In this document: positions 8,974 to 18,198 of the stretch, one piece after another
Layout of the letters: every line of letters starts with the position of its first letter
Position numbering within the stretch: position 1 is the first letter of the stretch
Assembly (NCBI GenBank): GCA_900769785.1
Contig: CAAGHV010000125.1
Location: 1-57,204 of the forward strand
DNA length: 57,204 nucleotides
Direction of reading: 5' to 3'
From: Bacteroidales bacterium
GTDB lineage: Bacteria > Bacteroidota > Bacteroidia > Bacteroidales > P3
Made by a program: the position numbers and the translations under genes
Notes under the pieces: generated by a model
What the model saw: only the letters and a program-made list of their open reading frames with translations
Told to the model about the DNA's origin: nothing
Database searches by the model: none

Positions 8974-10143
8974 ATGAAGAAAGTAAATATACTTACCCTT
9001 TTACCCGTCTTTTTCGGGTTCTTTGTAATGGGATTTGTTGATGTGGTGGGCATTGCCACAGAGTATGTCAAGGTCGATTTCAACCTATCGGAACAAGTGT
9101 CGGGGTTCTTACCTTCGATGGTGTTTTTGTGGTTCTTCTTATTGGCCATACCATCGGCATCGCTTATGAACCATATTGGACGGAAAAACACAGTGTTACT
9201 TAGTATGGCGGTAACGCTTGTGGGTATGATTATTCCATTTATAAGTTACAATATGACTACATGTTTTGTAGCCTTTGCTCTTTTGGGAATAGGCAACACT
9301 ATATTGCAAGTGTCGCTCAACCCATTGGTGTCTAATTTGGTTAAAGGTGAGATGCTTACCAGCTCGCTTACCATTGGGCAGGTTATTAAAGCTGTATCGT
9401 CGTTTTCGGGTCCGTTTATAGTGTCGTTTGCAGTATCATATTTATCCAATTGGCAGTATATGTTCCCTATATTTGCTGCTGTGGTATTGCTGTCGGGTGT
9501 GTGGTTGTTGTTTACCAAAGTGGAACGAGAGGAAAAGGCCGAAACAACCTCTATAACAAGTTCTTTTGCATTGCTCAAAGATACAAATATATTATTGCTA
9601 TTCCTAGGTATAGTAGCAGTAGTGGGCGTTGATGTGGGTGTCAATATGGAGTCTGTCAAGTTACTGGTTGAGCGTTTGAGTATCGATACTTCGTCGTTCG
9701 AAGAGATGCAAAGTGTGTCGTATGCTCCAAGTGTGTATTTCTTTTGCCGAACTATCGGAGCTTTTATAGGTGCCGCATTGCTTACCAAGACGAGTGCTAT
9801 GAAGTATTTCAAAATACATATTATAGGAGCCTTGGTGTGTATGGTGCCGTTGTTCTTTGTACAAGATAGAATAATGATATTGATATTTATAGGTCTGCTT
9901 GGCTACACATGCTCAAGTATATTCTCAGTAATATTCTCGATGGCTATGCGCCTTCGTCCCGACAAGGCCAACGAAATATCGGGATTGATGATTACCGGTA
10001 TAGTAGGCGGTGCCATAGTGCCTCCTATAATGACCTATGCCACATCGCTATTTGGCGGCAGTCAAAATGGTGCTTTGTCGGTATTGTGTGTAGTATTAGC
10101 ATACTTGATATTCTTGTCGTTTAAGATAAGAGAAAAGAAATAA
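8974..10143 (+). CDS. sugar MFS transporter (FucP/GlcP-like)
   Basis: About 12 TM segments, adjacent to the sugar kinase. Confidence 0.7.
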   Translation: MKKVNILTLLPVFFGFFVMGFVDVVGIATEYVKVDFNLSEQVSGFLPSMVFLWFFLLAIPSASLMNHIGRKNTVLLSMAVTLVGMIIPFISYNMTTCFVAFALLGIGNTILQVSLNPLVSNLVKGEMLTSSLTIGQVIKAVSSFSGPFIVSFAVSYLSNWQYMFPIFAAVVLLSGVWLLFTKVEREEKAETTSITSSFALLKDTNILLLFLGIVAVVGVDVGVNMESVKLLVERLSIDTSSFEEMQSVSYAPSVYFFCRTIGAFIGAALLTKTSAMKYFKIHIIGALVCMVPLFFVQDRIMILIFIGLLGYTCSSIFSVIFSMAMRLRPDKANEISGLMITGIVGGAIVPPIMTYATSLFGGSQNGALSVLCVVLAYLIFLSFKIREKK

Positions 10144-10169
10144 CATTAAGATGAATAAATACAAATAAT

Positions 10170-11048
10170 ATGAATAATAGAAAAGTAAAAGTGGGTATAG
10201 CCCAGCTGAAATGTGAGAAAGATAAACAAGCGAATATCAATAAGGCTGTAGCCAAAATTAGAGAGTTGGCACAAAGTGGTGCTCAGATAATATGTTTGCA
10301 AGAGCTGTTTGCATCGCTATACTTTTGCGATGTGGAAGATTACGACAACTTTGCCCTCGCCGAAACCATTCCCGGACCTACTACCGACTTGTTCTCGGCT
10401 TTGGCCAAAGAACTGAATGTGGTTATAGTAGCGTCGCTGTTTGAAAAGCGTGCCGAAGGTTTGTACCACAATACTGCTGCTGTTATCGATGCCGATGGTA
10501 GCTACTTGGGTAAGTATCGTAAGATGCATATCCCCGATGACCCCGGATACTACGAAAAGTTCTATTTCACCCCTGGTGACCTAGGTTATAAAGTGTTCCA
10601 AACAAAGTATGCAACCATAGGTGTGCTTATTTGTTGGGACCAATGGTATCCCGAAGCTGCACGTATAACCGCTATGAAGGGTGCCGACATACTATTCTAC
10701 CCCACAGCCATAGGTTGGGCTACATGCCAAGACCGCGATACCAACGTAGAGCAATATAACGCATGGCAAACTATCCAACGTGCCCATTCTGTAGCCAACG
10801 GATTGCCCGTAGTATCGGTAAACCGTACCGGTATGGAGGGTGATATGCAGTTTTGGGGTGGTTCGTTTATTACCAATGCCTTTGGTGCATTGAAGTATAT
10901 GGCTCCTCATTTGGACGAGGCTTTGCATGTGGAAGAACTCGACTTGGCCGAAAACGATTCATACCGCCGTCATTGGCCTTATTTCCGCGACAGACGTATA
11001 GATAGTTATCAGCCTATATTGAAACGTTTCCTCGATGATGAGCAATAG
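10170..11048 (+). CDS. aguB: N-carbamoylputrescine amidase (CN-hydrolase)
   Basis: LQELF..YFC, KMHIPDDPGYYEKFYFTPGD and CWDQWYPEAAR are characteristic. Confidence 0.8.
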   Translation: MNNRKVKVGIAQLKCEKDKQANINKAVAKIRELAQSGAQIICLQELFASLYFCDVEDYDNFALAETIPGPTTDLFSALAKELNVVIVASLFEKRAEGLYHNTAAVIDADGSYLGKYRKMHIPDDPGYYEKFYFTPGDLGYKVFQTKYATIGVLICWDQWYPEAARITAMKGADILFYPTAIGWATCQDRDTNVEQYNAWQTIQRAHSVANGLPVVSVNRTGMEGDMQFWGGSFITNAFGALKYMAPHLDEALHVEELDLAENDSYRRHWPYFRDRRIDSYQPILKRFLDDEQ

Positions 11049-11073
11049 TATGTTTGAGGCTTGATAATTAACA

Positions 11074-11114
11074 AAAAACAGTTTGCAACTATCATTGTTG
11101 CAAACTGTTTTTTT
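11074..11114. terminator. bidirectional terminator
   Basis: AAAAACAGTTTGCAAC-tatcatt-GTTGCAAACTGTTTTT lies between convergent genes. Confidence 0.75.
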
Positions 11115-11126
11115 ATTTTATTCGAC

Positions 11127-11996
11127 CTATATTTGGCTTATCCTATCCAAGGTCTGTTCTATAAGTGCCGCCATATTGGCTTTATAGTTGTTGAGGAATG
11201 TGCCACTTTTGCGGTTAGCTATAATAAGGCACAGAGTCAGTGCTCTGTGGCCAAGCAGCTTCGATAGGCCGTATATTGCCGATGTTTCCATCTCGAAGTT
11301 CATAATCTTATTACCTTTGTGTTCGAACGATGTTAGTATGCCATTGATATCGGTAATGGCGGTTTCCAACCTTACCTGCCGTCCTTGCGGAGCGTAGAAT
11401 CCGGGTGCGGTAGCCGTTATGCCTTTGTGGCAGTCATAGGCCAGTTGTTCCATAAGCCTGCTGTCGCCTTTGGCAATGTATGGGCGGGCAAAACATTGTG
11501 GCAGGTGTGCGTGGCGGCAAAAAGCCTCTGTCATATCTTCTTCCAGCATACTGTTGTCGTGCTTGTAAAAGTTTAGCAGCCCGTCAAGGCCCAAGGCATA
11601 CTCCGATGCCACTATGCTGCCTACCGCAGTTTCGGCGTGCAGGGCTCCCGATGTGCCAAGGCGTATAAGGTTGAGGCTGCGATGGTCGGCTTTGGCTGTG
11701 CGACGTTCAAGGTCCATATTCACAGCTGCATCAAGTTCGTTTACTACAATATCTATATTGTCGGTACCCATGCCGGTCGATAAAACAGTTATCCGTTTTC
11801 CTTTATAACTACCGGTTATCGAATGAATTTCGCGGTTCAGCGTTTCGTGTTCAACGGCAGCGAACATCGGCTTGAACATATCTACACGCTGTGGGTCGCC
11901 CACCAAAATCACGGTGTCGGCTATTTGCTCGCCATTCAGATGTATGTGGTATAGGCTGCCATCTGCGGCCAGTACCAATTCCGATTCTCGTATCAT
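11127..11996 (-). CDS. nucleoside phosphorylase (PNP_UDP_1 family)
   Basis: GDPQRV, LSTGMGTDN and FEMETSAIY motifs. Confidence 0.7.
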   Translation of the reverse strand: MIRESELVLAADGSLYHIHLNGEQIADTVILVGDPQRVDMFKPMFAAVEHETLNREIHSITGSYKGKRITVLSTGMGTDNIDIVVNELDAAVNMDLERRTAKADHRSLNLIRLGTSGALHAETAVGSIVASEYALGLDGLLNFYKHDNSMLEEDMTEAFCRHAHLPQCFARPYIAKGDSRLMEQLAYDCHKGITATAPGFYAPQGRQVRLETAITDINGILTSFEHKGNKIMNFEMETSAIYGLSKLLGHRALTLCLIIANRKSGTFLNNYKANMAALIEQTLDRISQI

Positions 11997-12300
11997 ATTT
12001 CTATTTCTTTTATGTTTGTCAAAAAAAAACGTCTCTCAATCCGTTCGATACATATATATTATTGTGTTGCGTTATCGAACAATTGCGACTGCAAAGTTCG
12101 GAAAAAACTTTCATTTGTGCAAATCTCTCCGCTTTTTAGACCTATAGGGCAAGGAAAAACTATTTGTCGGAGCAAAACAAGCCATGGTTGTGGTAAATAA
12201 ATAAAGGCTGTTTTCAAAAAATCCACTTTTCATATTCTATAGAATGATGTTTTGATATCGATTTATTGATACTAAAATGTTATTTGGAGAAGTGTGCATT

Positions 12301-12460
12301 GTTTTCGTGAGAAGACTCCACTGTTCTCGAGAGAAGACTCCAATGTTCTCGGGAGAAGACTCCAATGTTCTCGAGAGAAGACTCGAACGTTCTCGGGAGA
12401 AGACTCGAACGTTCTCGGGAGAAGGCTCGAACGTTCTCGAGAGAAGACTCGAACGTTCTC
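12301..12460. repeat. 22-bp minisatellite, 7.3 copies (GTTCTCGRGAGAAGACTCSAAY)
   Basis: Exact 22-bp register: 12301, 12323, 12345, 12367, 12389, 12411, 12433, and a partial unit at 12455. Each unit has internal TTCTC..GAGAA dyads. Confidence 0.95.
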
Positions 12461-12666
12461 AAACAGGCTCTTTGGTGATGTTTTTGTGCGGATAAAGGGT
12501 ATTTTTCGGCATACGGCAAATTCATGAAAATATAAGTTCAGATTTAAGTTTTTTGCTTTCCTATTAGCCTAAGCCCACTTTGCGATTTCGGCCCTGCAAG
12601 GAGGGTGTTCCGCAAGGCAATTTTTATAAGTTGCCCAAATATTTTGTGCGAATGACAATAATTTTG

Positions 12667-12674
12667 TACCTTTG
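12667..12674 (+). promoter_or_regulatory. -7 box TACCTTTG for the transporter gene
   Basis: TAnnTTTG lies 51 nt upstream of the ATG at 12725. Confidence 0.45.
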
Positions 12675-12724
12675 CAAAAAATTATTGAGTAATTGATATT
12701 ATAAAAGGTATATTAATATGTATT

Positions 12725-14398
12725 ATGGAATGGATTAATGAACTGATATTTGGCACGGGAGTGGGGCATAGTATTATGCTGCTGGCTATCTGCATAGTGT
12801 GTGGTATATTGCTTGGGCGTATCAAGATTTTCGGCATATCGCTAGGCATTACTTTTGTGCTCTTTGTTGGAATCCTTATGGGTCATTTTGGTATAACGAT
12901 GGATGCCGAGGTGATGCATTTTATGAAAGAGTTTGGGCTTATACTCTTTGTATTCTCGTTGGGAATGCAGGTGGGGCCGGGCTTTTTTTCGTCGTTCAAG
13001 CAAGGCGGACTTACCCTCAATCTGCTTGCAACGGGAGTGGTGTTGCTAGGTGTTGTAATCACTGTGGCACTGCATTTCATCACCGGCTTGCCTATGCATA
13101 CAATGGTGGGCATACTGTCGGGTGCCGTTACCAATACCCCCGGTATGGGTGCCGCTCAAACTGCCTTTGCCGATATGGATGTTGCGGCCGACAATAGTAT
13201 TGCCCTTGGCTACGCAGTGTGTTACCCTTTGGGAGTGGTAGGCATTATATTGGCTATAGTATCTGTGCGTTATATCTTTAGAGTGCGTTTCGACAAGGAG
13301 CAGCAGGAACTTGATGCTTTGGACAATACGTTGGCCAATCAGGCAAAGCTATTCAGCCTCGAGGTTCGCAACCCTGCAATATTCGGACATACAGTAGCCG
13401 ATGTGGCCAAGCTGTTGGTGCATCGTGAGCTTGTAATAAGCCGTGTGCTTCACGTTGACGGCTCGATGGAGATAGCCTCGTCGGGTACCATTCTTAATGA
13501 GGGCGACAAAGTGTTCGTTATTACAGTAGAAGGCGATATTGATGTGATATCTACCATAATAGGCAACGTTATCCCTATGAAACCCGAAGAGTGGTACAAA
13601 TTGGATAAAAGCCTAGTTTCGCGTAGAATAATAGTAACCAAAAGCGAACTTAACGGCAAACGCCTTGGCGAACTCAATCTTAGGAAACTTTATCATATCA
13701 ACATCTCGCGTGTCAACCGTTCGGGTGTCGATTTGGTTCCGCGTCCCAATCTTGTTCTTCAGCTTGGCGACCGCCTTACCGTGGTGGGTGTCGAAGAAGA
13801 TGTTCGTAAGGTAGAGGAATGCTTGGGTAATAGTATGAAACGCCTCAACGAGCCTAATCTTATAACCTTGTTCTTGGGAATATTCCTTGGTGTATTGCTT
13901 GGAAGCATACCCATTATGTTTCCCGGCATACCTCATCCGGTAAAGCTTGGTTTGGCAGGTGGCCCGCTTATAGTGGCAATACTTATATCAAGGTTTGGAT
14001 ACAAATATAAGCTTATAACCTACAATACCATTAGCTCCAGTCTTATGCTTCGCGAGATAGGTATAACCATATTCTTGGCATGTGTGGGAGTAGGAGCAGG
14101 CGACGGCTTTGTTGATACTATCGTTAACAAGGGCGGTTTGGTATGGATGTGCTATGGTTTTGTAATATCGTTCCTGCCGTTGTTTATAATAGGTATAATA
14201 GGACGCAAGGTGTGTAAGATAAATTATTTTACTCTTATGGGGCTTATGGCAGGCTCTACTACCGACCCTCCGGCACTTGCCTATAGCAATGCCACTGCCG
14301 GCAACGATGCACCGGCTGTAGGGTATGCTACTGTATATCCGCTTACAATGTTTCTGAGGGTAATCACTGCACAACTGCTTATACTGATATTCTGTTAG
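12725..14398 (+). CDS. YidE/YbjL (AspT-type) duplicated transporter with two RCK_C domains
   Basis: Two membrane halves flank soluble RCK_C-like repeats (..GKRLGELNL.., ..LGDRLTVVG..). Confidence 0.75.
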   Translation: MEWINELIFGTGVGHSIMLLAICIVCGILLGRIKIFGISLGITFVLFVGILMGHFGITMDAEVMHFMKEFGLILFVFSLGMQVGPGFFSSFKQGGLTLNLLATGVVLLGVVITVALHFITGLPMHTMVGILSGAVTNTPGMGAAQTAFADMDVAADNSIALGYAVCYPLGVVGIILAIVSVRYIFRVRFDKEQQELDALDNTLANQAKLFSLEVRNPAIFGHTVADVAKLLVHRELVISRVLHVDGSMEIASSGTILNEGDKVFVITVEGDIDVISTIIGNVIPMKPEEWYKLDKSLVSRRIIVTKSELNGKRLGELNLRKLYHINISRVNRSGVDLVPRPNLVLQLGDRLTVVGVEEDVRKVEECLGNSMKRLNEPNLITLFLGIFLGVLLGSIPIMFPGIPHPVKLGLAGGPLIVAILISRFGYKYKLITYNTISSSLMLREIGITIFLACVGVGAGDGFVDTIVNKGGLVWMCYGFVISFLPLFIIGIIGRKVCKINYFTLMGLMAGSTTDPPALAYSNATAGNDAPAVGYATVYPLTMFLRVITAQLLILIFC

Positions 14399-14429
14399 GT
14401 ATTTTGAACAACAACTGCAAAATTAAATA

Positions 14430-15116
14430 ATGATGAATAAGATACTTGTTGTAGATGACGAACAAGATTTGTGTGAAATACTTCGTTTCAACCTCGAGAG
14501 CGAGGGGTATGAGGTAGATACTGCCAACTCGGCCGAAGAAGGATTGGGCATACTATCGGCAAACCACTGTCTGATACTCCTCGATGTGATGATGGAGGAT
14601 ATGAGCGGCTTTCAGATGGCCAACAAGATACGCAAGGAACTGCACAGCGAGGTGCCTATAATATTTCTTACAGCCAAAGATACCGAAAACGATATGCTTA
14701 CGGGGTTCAACGTAGGTGCCGACGATTATATTACCAAGCCTTTTTCGCTCAAAACGGTATTGGCACGTGTAAAAGCCGTACTCAAACGCACGTCTAAGTC
14801 TGCCGATGCTTCCACCGACAGTATGACTATATTTACCCACAATGGATTGGAGATAAATTTTGAAACCAAACAGACCACATTGAACGGACAGGAGATTTCG
14901 CTTACAAGGAAAGAGTTTATGATATTGACATTGCTGGTAAACTCGCCTAAAAGGTTCTTTACTCGCGAGCAAATTCTCTCGCAGGTATGGGACGATGATA
15001 CCTATGTTGCCGAGCGGAGTGTAGATGTGCATATAGCCCGTCTGAGGAAAAAGATAGGCAATGTAGGTGAGTGTATAATTAACCGTACCGGATTTGGATA
15101 TTCTTTTGACAACTAA
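14430..15116 (+). CDS. OmpR/PhoB-family response regulator
   Basis: Receiver domain (VVDDE.., LLDVMM, LTAK) plus winged helix (SVDVHIARLRKKI). Confidence 0.9.
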   Translation: MMNKILVVDDEQDLCEILRFNLESEGYEVDTANSAEEGLGILSANHCLILLDVMMEDMSGFQMANKIRKELHSEVPIIFLTAKDTENDMLTGFNVGADDYITKPFSLKTVLARVKAVLKRTSKSADASTDSMTIFTHNGLEINFETKQTTLNGQEISLTRKEFMILTLLVNSPKRFFTREQILSQVWDDDTYVAERSVDVHIARLRKKIGNVGECIINRTGFGYSFDN

Positions 15117-15121
15117 GAGTT

Positions 15122-16180
15122 ATGAAAAAAATATCTTTGTCTAATAAAAAGAAGCTGATAGCTGCCGTTGTTATAATAGGCGTTGTGTATGCTGTAGCTA
15201 TGGTATGCATGCATTTGTTTGTTGATGGTTTGGCATCTGTCAACAAACATATTTTGTTTTTTGCAGTATCGTTGTTGTTTGTTGTGATACTGTTGGCTAT
15301 ATTTTTATTCGATAGGTTCTTCGGGGTTATGGTTACATTGAAAAATTTTGTTGACTCGGTAGAGAAAGGTAGTATCGATTATTCTTCGGTAAGCTTCCCC
15401 GAATCGCCATGGGGCGAGATAGGTAATAAGATGATATCGCTATACAAACAGCTTGAGACAAGTAAGCTACAGATTATAGAAGAGAAAGATCGCAACCGTA
15501 AGATGAAACAGGAGATGACCAACAATATAGCACACGAGTTAAAGACTCCTGTTAGTAGTATTAGGGGATATTTGGAGATATTGTTGGGTAATAAACCTAT
15601 AGCCGATGATAAGCGTCAGTATTTCCTTGAGCGTTCATATTCGCAAACTCTACGTTTGTCTAATCTTATCAACGATGTGTCTATTATCAATAAGATTGAG
15701 GAGTCGGCAGAGTTGTACCAAAAGGAGCTTATAGTTGTGTCGGATATAGCTCAAGAGGCTATTGACGAACTTGAAGATAAGATATTGGAACGCAATATAT
15801 CGGTGGATAATAATATACTTAATACTGTAAAGATAAATGGTAACCATAGTCTTGTATATGGCATATTTCGCAATCTGATAGAGAATGCAGTATCTTATGC
15901 AGGCGATGATATTACCATAGGTATGGAATGTCACAAGGAGGATGCCGACTTTTATTATTTCCGTTTCTACGATACCGGATGTGGTATCGATGAGAAGTAT
16001 CTTACTCGTATATTCGACAGGTTTTTGCGTATCGACGAGGGGCGTAGCCGCAAGAGTGGTGGAACAGGACTAGGACTATCTATAGTAAAACATGCCATAA
16101 TATTCCACGAAGGGGGTATAATAGCCAAGAATGCCGAAAGCGGAGGTCTCGAGTTTTATTTCTCTTTGAAAAAGCAGTAG
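15122..16180 (+). CDS. sensor histidine kinase
   Basis: 2 TM segments, H-box NIAHELKTPVSSIRGY, N-box NLIENAVSY, and G-boxes DTGCGI / GGTGLGLSIV. Confidence 0.9.
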   Translation: MKKISLSNKKKLIAAVVIIGVVYAVAMVCMHLFVDGLASVNKHILFFAVSLLFVVILLAIFLFDRFFGVMVTLKNFVDSVEKGSIDYSSVSFPESPWGEIGNKMISLYKQLETSKLQIIEEKDRNRKMKQEMTNNIAHELKTPVSSIRGYLEILLGNKPIADDKRQYFLERSYSQTLRLSNLINDVSIINKIEESAELYQKELIVVSDIAQEAIDELEDKILERNISVDNNILNTVKINGNHSLVYGIFRNLIENAVSYAGDDITIGMECHKEDADFYYFRFYDTGCGIDEKYLTRIFDRFLRIDEGRSRKSGGTGLGLSIVKHAIIFHEGGIIAKNAESGGLEFYFSLKKQ

Positions 16181-16188
16181 TCAAGTTA

Positions 16189-17406
16189 CTATTTGCCCAA
16201 TACAAAGCTTTTCCGTTCGGCCATAGCTACAGCAGCAGCTACTATTACCATCAATCCGTTAGTTACAAATATAAGGTCGGGACTGTTGTTGGCCAATATG
16301 GTCCCAAATAGTTTGATTATAAATGGTGCTATAAGTACAGCAAGGTAGTTCATAGACATAACCAGTGCCAGACTCATAACCACATTGCCCGAGGTGGAAA
16401 TAGTACTAGTTTTATCGTATATTAGTGGTTGTATAATGCCGTAGCCCAAGCCTGCTAGTACAGCTCCTATGGCAAATAGTACTATGTGGTGCGAAAGATA
16501 TATTATTATAAGCCCTATAGCTACTAGCAGTAAGTTAATCCAATTGACAGCCGAACCCATTTTATCCAATAGCTTGGTTATAAAGAATCCCGGAATGGTT
16601 ATTGCTAGGAAGAATATTGCTATTACAGCTCCCGAACTATCGCTATCCATTTTGTATTGCTCCATAACGAAGGGTAGGTTTAGCGGTATTGCCAATACAT
16701 TGTATGTTACAAAGAAGTATAGTAGCATAAGTCCTGCAAGTTTTTGGGTCTTATTCCTTGTTTGGGTATGCCTATTATTGGCGTTTTCAGAGGTGTACGA
16801 TGGCGCTGATTTGGGTAGAAATCTGCATAATACTATTGATATTATAGGGAGGCAATATACGGCAAACGGAGCGTGCCAATTTATATCGGCAAGCCAGCCT
16901 GTAAGGTAGGTGGCTACTACCAGTGTAAGGTTGTTGATGGCTGAGCTTATACCAAGCTGTTGTGTGCGGTAGCGTCCGGCAAAGTATTCGGCTATAAGGC
17001 CTGTTGATAGTGGAATTACTATGCCGGCGCCAATGCCAAGAATACAACTTATTATTATAAGTCCACCCATGCTGTTGATAAAGAAATAGCTTATTCCGCT
17101 CAGCAGAAATATAATTAGGCCAATGCTTAGTATGCCTATCTTGTCTTTGCCCGACGATAGTTTTCCTGAAAGGAACAGAAACGGTATCACCATCAGCGAT
17201 GGAAGCGAGGTGAGCATCTGTATTTCCAAGTCTGTTGCATGTGGAAATACCGTTTCCAATTTGCCCATAATGGGCGATATTGCCAATCCGGGTAGCGAGG
17301 TTATGGCCGATACCGACCATATAGCCAATAGCGCCACCAATGATATATCGGTTTTGCCTGTAGTAATCTTTCTCATAACTATTGTTCTTTGTCTATGTTT
17401 TTCCAC
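16189..17406 (-). CDS. MFS transporter
   Basis: About 12 TM segments. The start is uncertain (alternative Met 10 codons in). Confidence 0.7.
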   Translation of the reverse strand: MEKHRQRTIVMRKITTGKTDISLVALLAIWSVSAITSLPGLAISPIMGKLETVFPHATDLEIQMLTSLPSLMVIPFLFLSGKLSSGKDKIGILSIGLIIFLLSGISYFFINSMGGLIIISCILGIGAGIVIPLSTGLIAEYFAGRYRTQQLGISSAINNLTLVVATYLTGWLADINWHAPFAVYCLPIISIVLCRFLPKSAPSYTSENANNRHTQTRNKTQKLAGLMLLYFFVTYNVLAIPLNLPFVMEQYKMDSDSSGAVIAIFFLAITIPGFFITKLLDKMGSAVNWINLLLVAIGLIIIYLSHHIVLFAIGAVLAGLGYGIIQPLIYDKTSTISTSGNVVMSLALVMSMNYLAVLIAPFIIKLFGTILANNSPDLIFVTNGLMVIVAAAVAMAERKSFVLGK

Positions 17407-18155
17407 GTTAAAACATATAAATATCCTTTTTGTTGATTGTAATTGCTTATAAAATTTATTTGGTTAATACTCGTTGTTTGAATTAAATTCTCTAATGTTT
17501 ATACTTGTAAATTGGAAAGTTGTAACATTTATTTGAAATACAAATTATATGCTAGCAGAGGGGGTAACTTGTACTGAAAGGTAGGTTTGCCTAACTCGCC
17601 TGATAGCAACAACGAATTAGGGGGGGATTTTTTAACTATATCACGAGAGATTTTAATCTTAATATGTTGATAGGTATTTTACACTATATTATCACCTTCG
17701 TGCTATTTAACTATGAAGTGATTTTCATCTTGGTTTGGATATTCATGTACATAATTTAATTTATCCGATGACTCATAATATGTTTGATGAAAGTTTGTGG
17801 AAAACAGGTTTTATTGATGACTAATGGGTATGATGGAGAGCATATATTACAACTCAAGGAGATCACGAAAAGTCTTTGGACCAATATTCAAGATAAATGA
17901 CACTAAAAGGTATGACAGTATTTCATCTTCTTTTATCGATATGTATGCCTGCTACTGTGTACGTTTTGTTTTGTGTGCTGTTTTTATCATGACTATATAC
18001 TGTAGTAAGTTAAGTATTCACAATGTTAAGTGAATATCTTTTTGATGAATAGTTTTTTATAGGTAAATGTTGAATATACAGATGTTTAGTGTGTCATAGA
18101 TGTGCTTTTTTGATATAATGTGGGAAATAAAGTTGCGAAGAATAAAAAAAAGATG

Positions 18156-18163
18156 TACTTTTG
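18156..18163 (+). promoter_or_regulatory. -7 box TACTTTTG for mutA
   Basis: TAnnTTTG lies 36 nt upstream of the ATG at 18199. Confidence 0.5.
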
Positions 18164-18198
18164 TACTTTAAAAGAAATAAAAATATAAATAATATAAT

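Noticed and set aside
12301-12460. CRISPR-array interpretation of this and the other tandem arrays (38612, 33512, 35806, 45411).
   Set aside because: The period is only 21-23 bp, there are no unique spacers between conserved repeats, no cas genes are in the window, and the units are near-identical or degenerate copies of each other.
12367-12460. The GAACGTTC core of the units resembles the Mpi-type invertase inverted-repeat consensus (ARACGTWCGT) of Bacteroides invertible promoters.
   Set aside because: Only about 7 of 10 positions match. The units are direct tandem copies rather than an inverted pair flanking a promoter, and no serine or tyrosine invertase lies nearby.
12277-12527. Three overlapping ORFs (72-81 aa, both strands) encoding repetitive peptides such as SREKTRTFSGEDSNVLGRRLE.
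   Set aside because: They exist only because the 22-bp minisatellite lacks stop codons. The period is not a multiple of 3, frames are open on both strands, and there is no -7 box or plausible start context.
17824-18033. 69-aa ORF in the long gap (MGMMESIYYNSRRSRK..).
   Set aside because: It has no -7 box, an AT-rich codon composition typical of non-coding DNA, and no recognisable motif. A small membrane peptide cannot be fully excluded.
17407-18198. Cobalamin riboswitch upstream of mutA.
   Set aside because: No B12-box-like GCCACTG element or conserved GGTG..AA.TCC core was seen, and the mutA -7 box lies only 36 nt before the ATG.
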